Sequence record: MK310184
DNA: 64,000 bases
Source of the DNA: Phage NC-G
Reading direction: 5' to 3' (one strand)
This document shows positions 42,300 to 52,219 of the stretch, in pieces (position 1 is the stretch's first letter; the number at the start of each line of letters is the position of its first letter). The translations under genes and the position numbers were made by a program. A model generated the notes under the pieces. That model was given only the letters and a program-made list of their open reading frames with translations, ran no database searches and was not told where the DNA came from.

Positions 42300-42652
42300 T
42301 TTTAAATCTCTTAAATTAGGATGCAGGACTTATTGGCGTTGCCTGCGCAAGCCCTCAAGGGGAACATAGGTTTCGGATATTTAACGACAGGATAACCATA
42401 AACCTCGTCATCATAGCTCTTATCTGTTGCACACCGTTAGCTTAAAGGTTCCGGGTTCGATTTCTCGAGGATAAGATATATACTGATGGATATATAGGCC
42501 TTGAGGCGTACTCCCGATTGGCCATCACCTCGGGGTAGCATGCACTTGCCGCTATAAAATAACATTCAAGAGGTACACCGTAAAACTGTCGGGGTCTTAA
42601 AACTATAATGATTCGCAAATCATTAATCAGACAGTTCGACGGCTCCTCGATT

Positions 42653-42901
42653 TTACTTCAGGGTAATAATAAAATGACGTACTGCTTTACGAGCTGCTGA
42701 AGCCAAAGGCTTAGCATATTTCAGTTCATCTTTTGCTTCCAGTTCAGCAGCCAGAGTAGCCTGAGCAGGATTCAGATGTTTGAAATAACGCAGGATTTCC
42801 AGTGCTTCGGCTTCAACATCAATAGATGCGCCATAGTTTTCGTGACCGTTGTTCCAAGCGTTGCGTTGCAGTTCAAGAGCGTGATTCAGATGTTTGTTCA
42901 T
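42653..42901 (-). CDS. rIII: rIII lysis-inhibition accessory protein
   Basis: Start at internal ATG gives 82 aa, the T4 rIII length; position between 31 and the 30.x array. Confidence 0.75.
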   Translation of the reverse strand: MNKHLNHALELQRNAWNNGHENYGASIDVEAEALEILRYFKHLNPAQATLAAELEAKDELKYAKPLASAARKAVRHFIITLK

Positions 42902-43039
42902 TTTAAATTCTCGATTCGAGATAAAGATTGGTGGACACGTTCTTCTGAATTTCACTTCCTTTCGGCAAGTCTCTCAGTTGTAGTCCACCGCTTAGAATTG
43001 TTCGGTTAACTTATTATTCCGACACCCAATTCATATTAT

Positions 43040-43047
43040 TATTTATA
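43040..43047 (-). promoter_or_regulatory. Late promoter (minus-strand TATAAATA) between gene 31 and rIII
   Basis: Plus-strand tatttata = minus-strand TATAAATA just 3' of gene 31 stop. Confidence 0.5.
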
Positions 43048-43371
43048 TCACTTATAAAGGCACGGAATAGCTTTATAGTGGCAGGTAACGAATTTCTGTT
43101 TAATTTCTTTAGGCTGTTTAATACCCAATGCAACTAAAGGATGAGGCACGTTAGCAATCTTACCAACAGGAAGTGGAGTCAAATCACCTACTTCACAAAA
43201 ACCTTCAGGGACATCAGGCCCTACAGAATAAATTTCACAAAGTTCAGGGATTTCACCTTGATGAAGTTTGCCAATAACGATACCAGATGCAGTAGTTTCT
43301 TCATCACCAGCTTGTTTTGGTTCGGAAACGAGAATAACATATTCTCCGACCGCTTTAATAGGAAGTTCCAT
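43048..43371 (-). CDS. 31: Co-chaperonin gp31 (GroES analog for capsid folding)
   Basis: [22 protein letters not shown]...[26 protein letters not shown]...[32 protein letters not shown] matches remembered T4 gp31. Confidence 0.95.
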   Translation of the reverse strand: MELPIKAVGEYVILVSEPKQAGDEETTASGIVIGKLHQGEIPELCEIYSVGPDVPEGFCEVGDLTPLPVGKIANVPHPLVALGIKQPKEIKQKFVTCHYKAIPCLYK

Positions 43372-43429
43372 ATTTAATCCATGTTGTTTTGTTGATAGAT
43401 TAATAATAACACACTATTTTTAAAGCATA

Positions 43430-43726
43430 TTACAGGACAAGCAGAGTTTCAGTCTGAAGGCCGTCAACTGTAATCAGCTTATCGAAACGGAATGAACGCC
43501 ATTGTTGAAGGTCGACATCAAAAACATATAGAGAATTACGTGGGCCTGGTTTACCTGTTTCGGATTTGAAGTCTTCCTTTTTAGGAAGAAGGTCCAGGTC
43601 ACGGGTGCATTTAAGACGACGGATATCACCATTAATCTTTTCAAATACCACTTCGTGGGTGCCTACAGACAGGATGGTTTTTACTTTTTCACAAATACGA
43701 ATGGTTTCTTGTTCAGTTAAAATCAT
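43430..43726 (-). CDS. Hypothetical protein (31.1 position)
   Basis: 98-aa ORF syntenic with T4 31.1. Confidence 0.5.
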   Translation of the reverse strand: MILTEQETIRICEKVKTILSVGTHEVVFEKINGDIRRLKCTRDLDLLPKKEDFKSETGKPGPRNSLYVFDVDLQQWRSFRFDKLITVDGLQTETLLVL

Positions 43727-43728
43727 AA

Positions 43729-43962
43729 TTATTCCAGAATAGTTTTAATAGTGGTTGCATTACGCTCTTTTAGAGCTCTTAATAGGCTATGGCAATTATC
43801 AAGAATAGGCACGGTTTTGTATTTCATTTCGGCGCGAACCCACTCGGATTTATAGTACGATTTCCAACGAGAGAAAAAGTACTTTTTGTATTCTACCGAA
43901 TAGGCTACTAAGCTTTCGCCTTTTGAGTTCAGAGCTGAAAACTTCACTAATCGAAATTTCAT
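43729..43962 (-). CDS. Hypothetical protein (31.2 position)
   Basis: 77-aa ORF, ATGA-coupled to cd. Confidence 0.5.
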   Translation of the reverse strand: MKFRLVKFSALNSKGESLVAYSVEYKKYFFSRWKSYYKSEWVRAEMKYKTVPILDNCHSLLRALKERNATTIKTILE

Positions 43963-44507
43963 TATTCACCACAATAGTTTTGAATTGATTCCCAGTTCAG
44001 AGAACGGAGACCAGTACGGTTATACTGGATAACTTCGATGCCTGATTCACGGAGGATATCATCCCATCCTTCAGGATTTCGGTCATAAAGTTCAGCATAA
44101 ACCAGCGTTTTAATTCCGGACTGCGCAATAGACTTAGCACAATCGGCACACGGAGATAGTGTCACATACATCGTAGCACCGTCAATAGAACTTCCTGTAC
44201 GAGCTGCGAACAGGATAGCATTCAGTTCGGCATGGATTTCATTTTTGGATGACCATGCAGCATGAGCCATACGGTGTTCTTTAAGAAGAATCGATTTATG
44301 GGACATTCGTGCCGGGTCATACACAACACGAGTCCAGTCCTGTTCCACTGCATGGTCACAACAGTTAACACCGCCAGACGGTGAACCATTATATCCTGTA
44401 GAGATAATGCGACCATTCTTTTCGATAACCGCACCCACTTTCCATGAACAACATTTTGATTCTTGAGAAATCAGATATGCAATCTGAAGGTATGTGCTTG
44501 CTTTCAT
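43962..44507 (-). CDS. cd: dCMP deaminase
   Basis: Zinc-binding cytidine/dCMP deaminase motifs HAELNAI and SPCADCAK; 181 aa. Confidence 0.93.
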   Translation of the reverse strand: MKASTYLQIAYLISQESKCCSWKVGAVIEKNGRIISTGYNGSPSGGVNCCDHAVEQDWTRVVYDPARMSHKSILLKEHRMAHAAWSSKNEIHAELNAILFAARTGSSIDGATMYVTLSPCADCAKSIAQSGIKTLVYAELYDRNPEGWDDILRESGIEVIQYNRTGLRSLNWESIQNYCGE

Positions 44508-44845
44508 TACATCACCACTAGATAAGCTGTGTTATTGGTTTCGACACGATATAAATCGGTACGAAGTTTAGTGATAGATTTCACACGTGAGGTTAATATA
44601 CCACAACCATCTGGGAAGCGTTTTTGTTTATCGAAAAATACTGCTGCTGGTATCCTATCACCAATTTCAACCGGAAGAAAAGTAGCCAGTACCGCACCAT
44701 ACATAGAAGTATGGATGCTTTGGAATTCTTCGCTCAGCTTAAAAAGGTCTTTGATATACTGAGTGGCCTTTTCAGAGAGACCTCGATGGTCTCCATCTTC
44801 GTCAGATTGTAAGGTGGCATTAACTGCTAGTTTTAAATTAAGCAT
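44507..44845 (-). CDS. Hypothetical protein (cd.1 position)
   Basis: ORF abutting cd; start uncertain (44845 or 44887). Confidence 0.4.
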   Translation of the reverse strand: MLNLKLAVNATLQSDEDGDHRGLSEKATQYIKDLFKLSEEFQSIHTSMYGAVLATFLPVEIGDRIPAAVFFDKQKRFPDGCGILTSRVKSITKLRTDLYRVETNNTAYLVVM

Positions 44846-45074
44846 CAATATATACTCGCTGCGCTTCGACCAGACCATCAGAACCAAGTTTTAACCGGGT
44901 AATCTGGTCGCCATTTTTAGGATTAACGATAACCAATACCGCCCGTGGTGATTCCTGAATTACTCGCAGAGTTGCATCAGGAAAACGTATAGAAACCTTA
45001 TTAATCAGGGCCTGAGCAAATTCTTTAACTTTAACTTGGAACTGCTCTACAGTAATAGGTTGTTCGCTCAGCAT
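44838..45074 (-). CDS. Hypothetical protein
   Basis: 78-aa ORF, overlaps neighbours by stop/start coupling. Confidence 0.45.
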   Translation of the reverse strand: MLSEQPITVEQFQVKVKEFAQALINKVSIRFPDATLRVIQESPRAVLVIVNPKNGDQITRLKLGSDGLVEAQRVYIDA

Positions 45075-45628
45075 TAGATGGTCTCCAACTTAAGTTGTTT
45101 GGTAGTGGTAGCTTGGGTAACGTCGCCTTTAACAATATAACACACTTGTTGGAACGAACTGGTCAAAAGCTCTTCGGCCTGACGATCGGCTTGTTCCTTT
45201 GTGTTATGGCGAGAATGAACTTCAATCTTACCATTTTTAACGATAAGCACTTTCCAATCCGCAGTGGCTTTTACTGGTTTAGGTTCGTCATTTTCAGGAA
45301 TACTCACCGAGGCCAGTGGACGTACCACTTCAATAAAGTAATCGAATTCGTGGCCAAAAAAGCCTGTTGAATTAAAAAGAACGGCATTTGCATCATCAGG
45401 ATTACCTGTGATTTTGCTCGGGTCGACAAACATCATCTCGTCATATACACGAATTCGGCTTACACGTTCACGCCCATTATGGTAATCAATTTCAACTTCA
45501 AAAGGGTTCATACCTACATACTTGGCAAAAGCCGTATTGAGGCCGTAAGCGCCGTTATTAGTGAATTTGTTTTTAGTGTATTCACTACCGAACTTATAAA
45601 ACTTACGCTCTTCAAAGAACTTGCTCAT
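45074..45628 (-). CDS. Hypothetical protein (184 aa from internal start)
   Basis: Start moved to ATG after GAGGAAATCGAA SD (MSKFFEERKFYKFG...). Confidence 0.45.
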   Translation of the reverse strand: MSKFFEERKFYKFGSEYTKNKFTNNGAYGLNTAFAKYVGMNPFEVEIDYHNGRERVSRIRVYDEMMFVDPSKITGNPDDANAVLFNSTGFFGHEFDYFIEVVRPLASVSIPENDEPKPVKATADWKVLIVKNGKIEVHSRHNTKEQADRQAEELLTSSFQQVCYIVKGDVTQATTTKQLKLETI

Positions 45629-45690
45629 TTCGATTTCCTCATTTGTTTCGGTAGGACTACTATACCACAGTCCTACCATGATGTAAACAC

Positions 45691-45969
45691 TTAAATTGCT
45701 TCGACAACTACCGTTTGTTTCTGGAAGTCCATTTTGCATGAAATAGCCAAAATGTGGTTATCAATTTTAAATGGAACAATTGCAAATGCTGCACCAGGCG
45801 TGAGTTGGACAGTGATTGCATCAACTGCATCCGGGAACATGATTTCCAGAATAGCAGACAAACGTCCGTGCACTTTTAATTCAGTCGACGTGTCGACAGG
45901 TTCGTATAGGTAATCAGATACAATCTGACTAAAAACTACTTTAACAATTTCAGAATAAGTAGGGAACAT
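45691..45969 (-). CDS. Hypothetical protein
   Basis: 92-aa ORF in cd-pseT small-gene array. Confidence 0.4.
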   Translation of the reverse strand: MFPTYSEIVKVVFSQIVSDYLYEPVDTSTELKVHGRLSAILEIMFPDAVDAITVQLTPGAAFAIVPFKIDNHILAISCKMDFQKQTVVVEAI

Positions 45970-45976
45970 AATTACC

Positions 45977-46192
45977 TCAGTGTACTGTATGGACCTTCAC
46001 GTTAACAATAAACCGGTCAACGACTTCAGTCAGAGGAACGAACTCAACATAGTACTCACCTTTGTAACGTTCATTCAAATCGTTACGGAGAGCTGCCAGT
46101 GAGTTAATGAGGGTAGGAGACATATTAAGTCCTACCAGTTTCTGAAGCTCTTTATAAGCTTCTTCTTCAACTTCATGGTGTTTGTTATACAT
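45977..46192 (-). CDS. Hypothetical protein
   Basis: Start moved to internal ATG to resolve overlap with upstream ORF. Confidence 0.35.
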   Translation of the reverse strand: MYNKHHEVEEEAYKELQKLVGLNMSPTLINSLAALRNDLNERYKGEYYVEFVPLTEVVDRFIVNVKVHTVH

Positions 46193-46381
46193 AATGTTTT
46201 TCCAAGAAGGCAAGGAGTTCTGGCGCGGATTTAAAAATACCACCATCGACCTTGTCTTCATCTTTATAGTCCATAACATCCAGGCCAATACGTCCATCAG
46301 TTAAAGGCCATACACCGAAGAAAAAGCATTTACGTTTTTCAATTTCTTCGATTGTACGAAAAATCTTTTCGATATTATTCA

Positions 46382-46382
<1 letters not shown>
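46185..46382 (-). CDS. Hypothetical protein
   Basis: Start at internal ATG overlapping pseT stop (ATGA). Confidence 0.35.
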
Positions 46383-47603
<1,221 letters not shown>

Positions 47604-47607
<4 letters not shown>

Positions 47608-48086
47608 ACACCAAGCTCCTTATAAAGTTCTTCACGACAAGTTTTAAGGATTTTACCTGATTCGTAAGCTGCACTTTCAGAAACATCACCAAGTGCAACA
47701 GCAGATTGCATTTGACCATGGCGCTTAGCCGCGTATTCAAAACTTTTTACTAGTTCGCGAATACGTTCTTTTTCATTGTACTCTTCAATGAATTCAGAGT
47801 ATTCCCAAACTGGACGCATCATACGATACCACTGTTGGACGGTAATATAATTACTTCCATCTAAATTAATAATCTGTGAAGGCTCAATAGCACCAGGAGC
47901 ATAAAAAGTTACCTGTCTTACTACATCAATACCGTCCACAATAGCCCAAGCAAAATCGAAAGTGGCCTTCTTTTCAATTGGTGTACTTGCACAGGACCCT
48001 AATTTTAAGAGCTTTTGTAATACAGGAGATTTAATACTTGAAATGTATTCAGGCTTAGCCACAAAACTGTTATCACGTAATGTCAT
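47604..48086 (-). CDS. Hypothetical protein (160 aa from SD-supported start)
   Basis: ORF between spanin genes and pseT.1; start set at ATG after GAGGAAATT SD. Confidence 0.45.
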
Positions 48087-48149
48087 AATAATTTCCTCAA
48101 TTTTTATAATCCGTAGGACCATTATACTCTGATCCCAAGAGTTTGTAAA

Positions 48150-48257
48150 CTACTTTCCAAAAATACCATTCATACACAGGCTGAACACGATACCAAAGCA
48201 AAAACATGCAGCACCGAATTTAAAAACACCCCACCCATCGATACAGGCTTCAATCAT
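48150..48257 (-). CDS. Possible hydrophobic micro-protein (35 aa), coupled to o-spanin stop
   Basis: Hand-translated MIEACIDGWGVFKFGAACFCFGIVFSLCMNGIFGK; ATG overlaps spanin stop (ATGA); single predicted TM-like segment. Confidence 0.3.
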   Translation of the reverse strand: MIEACIDGWGVFKFGAACFCFGIVFSLCMNGIFGK

Positions 48258-48544
48258 TTGCACTTCTCCTCTTTTAATCCGGAACGATAATAACATAACA
48301 TAGATTTCTGGTCTTGTACATATCTTTTTACGTCATTCAACCAAATACGATGTTCTTGTGAGTCTTCAAATGGCATACCGACCCACGCCTTACCATCGAT
48401 TACCTTAACCTGCCACTTAACATTGTGTTCGGCAATAGGTTGTGGCCATGAAGGGTGGAGTTGTTGTTTAGGCACTACAGGAACATCCTGGGCACACCCA
48501 ACTAGCAAGCCAATAGATAACATTACTGCAGACAATTTAATCAT
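48254..48544 (-). CDS. pseT.2: Outer-membrane spanin subunit (o-spanin, lipoprotein)
   Basis: N-terminal signal peptide with lipobox LLVGC; small periplasmic protein; paired with upstream i-spanin. Confidence 0.75.
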   Translation of the reverse strand: MIKLSAVMLSIGLLVGCAQDVPVVPKQQLHPSWPQPIAEHNVKWQVKVIDGKAWVGMPFEDSQEHRIWLNDVKRYVQDQKSMLCYYRSGLKEEKCK

Positions 48545-48894
48545 TCTGTAATGCTCCTGAAGTCTTGGGTAAAGGAATCGAAGGAGTTGTTGATTTGTTT
48601 TTCGACCAATCCTGGCTTACTTGCCACCACGTGCGCCTTCTTCGAATCTTTACGGAGCTTTTCATTTTCTACCTTAATTTTATCCATTCGGGCATTCATT
48701 TCAGTAGTACGGAATTCAATATCCGAGTATTGAGCACGAAGGTCCTCTACAGCTTCGGCGTTCTGTTTAGCCGCTTCCTGGGTTGTTTTCAGTTCTTCAG
48801 TTAATGTATCAATACGGCTTGATTGATACGAAATAAAACCGTAAGCACCTACTACAATGGCTCCAGCTAAAAGGTAAATACTTAATTTAGACAT
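48541..48894 (-). CDS. pseT.3: Inner-membrane spanin subunit (i-spanin)
   Basis: 117 aa; N-terminal TM helix (IYLLAGAIVVGAYGFI) followed by coiled-coil periplasmic domain; ATGA-coupled to o-spanin. Confidence 0.75.
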   Translation of the reverse strand: MSKLSIYLLAGAIVVGAYGFISYQSSRIDTLTEELKTTQEAAKQNAEAVEDLRAQYSDIEFRTTEMNARMDKIKVENEKLRKDSKKAHVVASKPGLVEKQINNSFDSFTQDFRSITE

Positions 48895-49382
48895 TTGGTA
48901 ATAATCTCGATGATGTCATCACGTGACAGGGAGTTGATAAGAACCGTTTTAGGGTTTTCACACTGGATTTTATACGTTTCAAACATCACGCACAATTCTT
49001 CAGCGGTATGGTAAGGGCTCGAAATGCCAAGGCGATTAAACTTATCGCTTAATGGGTCGCAAATCAAATAGAAAGTGATTCCTGCGATTTTGACATTAGG
49101 TTGGCTGATATTAATGAATACCTCAGCATCATACTTGGAAAGGTTGTTTTGGAGAAACTCTACCATAGAGTTAACAGCTTCCGGCATGGCTTCACGCTTT
49201 TCTTCTGCATAACGGGTAGAGTATTCTTTTTGCTTAATTTTCTTTTTAGCATTTTTAGCTAAAGTAACACGAAGATCGGTTAGGTACCCTACTGCACGAG
49301 AACCTTTAAAAACTTGGATACCGTCAGTAGAGTCACCAAAAGCTTTAACAACCATTTCGTTGGTAATCATTTGCATATTCAT
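48882..49382 (-). CDS. alc: Alc (transcription terminator on cytosine-containing DNA)
   Basis: 166 aa (T4 Alc 167 aa); syntenic between rnlA and spanins; preceded by early-promoter cassette. Confidence 0.8.
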   Translation of the reverse strand: MNMQMITNEMVVKAFGDSTDGIQVFKGSRAVGYLTDLRVTLAKNAKKKIKQKEYSTRYAEEKREAMPEAVNSMVEFLQNNLSKYDAEVFINISQPNVKIAGITFYLICDPLSDKFNRLGISSPYHTAEELCVMFETYKIQCENPKTVLINSLSRDDIIEIITKCLN

Positions 49383-49441
49383 TTTGTTTTCTCCTCATTA
49401 GTTGGTAAGTCTATACTAACACATCATGAGGAGATGTAAAC
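49383..49441 (-). promoter_or_regulatory. Early-promoter cassette upstream of alc
   Basis: Minus strand GTTTAC-N17-TAGTATAGACTTACC...ATGAGGAGAAAACAAA-ATG. Confidence 0.6.
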
Positions 49442-50589
49442 TACTCTATCACAATTTCCTTCAAATATTTTTCAGGGATTTGGGCCTTATGATTTTTCAA
49501 GAACACTGAGTTAATCTGGTCCATGACCGTATCATAATTAATACCGTCTACGTACGCCTGCATAAGAATAGAGAACAACCCTGGGAAGTCTTTGAGGATT
49601 AACTGACCGGTAACAGCATAGTCCTTACGGTCACGGCCCTTGAGCTGAGAATATGCTGCTTCTAACAAAGCCAAAGACTGTTCTAAGTAGTCTAAATGAA
49701 TACGTTCAAATGCATTGATTTTCTCAATAGCAAACGAATCCGCACTGAACAAACCTCGGAGGTCATCGGTTCCACCAGCCACTACAACTTCAAACAAACG
49801 CTCATTATTGTTAATGGAATCCTTGGTATGATGCAGTGCGCTATACCAAGCGGTTTTGAGTTTAAAGAACGTGCCATCTTTAAGTACAAAGATAAAGCCT
49901 TCAATACCCTCTTGTTTACGGATATTGTCAACAAAATCGCCTTCAGAGAGTTCGTAGCTTTTAACCAAATGCTTACGCAGAGCGCCATCTTTAAACAGTT
50001 CAGCGTAAGGGATATACTCGCCCGTTTCATTATTACGAACGTTCAGTAAGATAAGGTTTGTTTCTTGGTAAGCCAGCACAATACGGTTAGTAGGCGAAAC
50101 ATACTCGAGGTTGCATGTATAACCTGCTTTAGTAATTTCTTCTAAACGAGCAGCGAAGGCTTCGTTTTCAGGGAGACGAAGGAACCGTAAAGAATCATGC
50201 ACCATCGACGAATGGATAGAGCCTTTAGATTTAACGGAAAGATATTGTCTGTCCATGAAGGTAGAAATCAAGGACCCATCTTCCTTAGCCATTACAAGGT
50301 CAATATTTTCTTTTGATAAATCCAAACCGATAGTCAATGGGTTTTCATCGAGATTAAAGAACTTTTGCATAGGACGAGCAGCGATACGTACAGGACCGTT
50401 CTCGCCCATCTCAAACATAATGCCTCGGCACTCTAGTGCGCCGTCTTCCAACCAATCGCTGTACGATGCATAGTTATAACTAAAGATGCGATAGTTGACT
50501 CCTAGCGCACTCTGGAAGTCTTTAAAGAAGAACTTAGATTTAGTTGAGTTTTTAACCAAAGCCATCAAGTTATCATATAATTCAATCAT
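49441..50589 (-). CDS. rnlA: RNA ligase 1 (Rnl1, tRNA repair ligase)
   Basis: YRIFSYNYASYSDWL, ECRGIMFEM and adenylation lysine in KEDGSLIS match T4 Rnl1; 382 aa. Confidence 0.95.
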   Translation of the reverse strand: MIELYDNLMALVKNSTKSKFFFKDFQSALGVNYRIFSYNYASYSDWLEDGALECRGIMFEMGENGPVRIAARPMQKFFNLDENPLTIGLDLSKENIDLVMAKEDGSLISTFMDRQYLSVKSKGSIHSSMVHDSLRFLRLPENEAFAARLEEITKAGYTCNLEYVSPTNRIVLAYQETNLILLNVRNNETGEYIPYAELFKDGALRKHLVKSYELSEGDFVDNIRKQEGIEGFIFVLKDGTFFKLKTAWYSALHHTKDSINNNERLFEVVVAGGTDDLRGLFSADSFAIEKINAFERIHLDYLEQSLALLEAAYSQLKGRDRKDYAVTGQLILKDFPGLFSILMQAYVDGINYDTVMDQINSVFLKNHKAQIPEKYLKEIVIE

Positions 50590-50999
50590 TGCTTTATCCT
50601 ATGTTGGGTATTCCAAGGTGGATTAAATTTCTTTATGAACATTGGCTCTTCAAGAGACATGGTCTCAACTGACATAGTTCCAAGTTCGTTAGTCATCGAC
50701 AGATTAAAGCACTGTCTAGCATAGAACTCTACCTTTTTACCAGCCATTAACGCTTCATGAATCAGAATGGACTTAGTCGAATCCGATGTTTGGTCCTTAC
50801 GATTAATAGCGGTTCGGTAGTAGTTGATGCGTTTACGAAGATTTTTGGTCTTCCCGATGTAGACTAGTATATCATCAACTGCTATAGCATATATGACATT
50901 TTGTTTATTTGGAACCGTGATAGGGGCTATAGTAGCATCTGTTTGGAGCTCCAGTGTAACGTACTTGATAAAGCTAAATTCATCTGCGATTTCTTTCAT
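50586..50999 (-). CDS. denA: Endonuclease II (GIY-YIG family, host DNA degradation)
   Basis: GIY-YIG-like VYIGKT...R..NYY motif; start at internal ATG gives 137 aa (T4 DenA 136 aa). Confidence 0.85.
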   Translation of the reverse strand: MKEIADEFSFIKYVTLELQTDATIAPITVPNKQNVIYAIAVDDILVYIGKTKNLRKRINYYRTAINRKDQTSDSTKSILIHEALMAGKKVEFYARQCFNLSMTNELGTMSVETMSLEEPMFIKKFNPPWNTQHRIKQ

Positions 51000-51007
51000 A
51001 GCAATAA

Positions 51008-51021
51008 GGGGCCGAAGCCCC
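51008..51021 (-). terminator. Hairpin (GGGGC-CGAA-GCCCC) between nrdB and denA
   Basis: ggggccgaagcccc palindrome in the 27-nt intergenic space. Confidence 0.55.
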
Positions 51022-51026
51022 ATTCC

Positions 51027-52196
51027 TTAAAAATATTTCTTGTATGACGCCATTACTTTTTCATCGACATCATTATCAATTTGTGCTACAAGGTAAGAAC
51101 TGATTTCCACTTCCTGAGGAGCAGCCTGTACAGCATCAGAGTTCAGGTATTCGCGAATCCAAGGATACGGATGGCGAGTAGGGGCATCAGTAATAGGACA
51201 TGGTAAGCCGCATTGCTTCATACGAGAAACTGTCAGGTAATCGACAAAAGCACCCATGTTCTGAGTATTTAATCCAGGGCAAGTACCATCTTTGAACAGG
51301 TGAGCGGCCCACTCTTTTTCTTGACGGTTAACTTCCATGAAAATATCAACTGCTTCTTGTTCGCACTCTTGAGCAATTTTAACCCATTCATCGCCATCAG
51401 TGCCAAGTTGAAGTTGACGAATAATGTACTGAGTACCTTTAAGGTGAAGCTGTTCATCGCGTGCAATGAACTTCATAATTTTAGCATTGCCTTCCATGAT
51501 TTCCATGTTCTTATGGAAGTTAAAGGTACATGCGAAAGATACGTAAAAACGAATAGCTTCTAATGCATTGATTACGTGCAGGCAGAGGTAAAGAGAACGC
51601 ATTAGTTCATATTTGGCGGTTTTAACACCTTCACTGAACTCATGGTATTCTTCTAAAGCATTTTGGTATTTACGTGTTTTCTCAATAACATCATCATAAT
51701 AACGACCAATAGATTCGGCACGTTTCATGATAGCTTCATCTAACAGAATTTCATCAAATACCTTAGATGGGTCTGTATAGAGGTTACGCATGATATGGGT
51801 ATACGAACGAGAGTGAATGGTTTCACTAAAGGTCCATGTGGCCACCCATGTATCAAGGCTAGGGTCTGAAATCAATGCTTGGAGTGCAGCAGAAGGGGCA
51901 CGTCCCTGGATACTATCCAGAAGTGATTGATACTTCAGGTTATTGGTAAAAATATTTTGCTGGAATTGTGGAAGCTTATTAAACTGGGCAGCATCCATCA
52001 TCAAGTTAACTTCCTCTGGACGCCAGAAAAAACTCAACTGCTTTTCACAAAGCTCTTCGAATACTTTATGACGTTGGATATCGTAACGAGCAATACCCAA
52101 TCCTGAACCAAAGAACATCGGTTCGACTAAAACATCAACTGGGGTAGTATTAAAAACTGTAGACATGTTATTCTCATTTGTTAGTGACTCATCCAT
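51027..52196 (-). CDS. nrdB: Ribonucleotide reductase small subunit, uninterrupted
   Basis: 389-aa continuous ORF with di-iron ligand-type E/H motifs; no intron or homing-endonuclease insert. Confidence 0.95.
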   Translation of the reverse strand: MDESLTNENNMSTVFNTTPVDVLVEPMFFGSGLGIARYDIQRHKVFEELCEKQLSFFWRPEEVNLMMDAAQFNKLPQFQQNIFTNNLKYQSLLDSIQGRAPSAALQALISDPSLDTWVATWTFSETIHSRSYTHIMRNLYTDPSKVFDEILLDEAIMKRAESIGRYYDDVIEKTRKYQNALEEYHEFSEGVKTAKYELMRSLYLCLHVINALEAIRFYVSFACTFNFHKNMEIMEGNAKIMKFIARDEQLHLKGTQYIIRQLQLGTDGDEWVKIAQECEQEAVDIFMEVNRQEKEWAAHLFKDGTCPGLNTQNMGAFVDYLTVSRMKQCGLPCPITDAPTRHPYPWIREYLNSDAVQAAPQEVEISSYLVAQIDNDVDEKVMASYKKYF

Positions 52197-52219
52197 GAGT
52201 CAATTATAATCAGATTTTA

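Noticed and set aside
42440-42470. tRNA-like T-loop motif GGTTCGATT
   Set aside because: Flanking sequence does not form a T-stem, acceptor stem or anticodon arm in either orientation; retained only as part of the broader non-coding-region finding.
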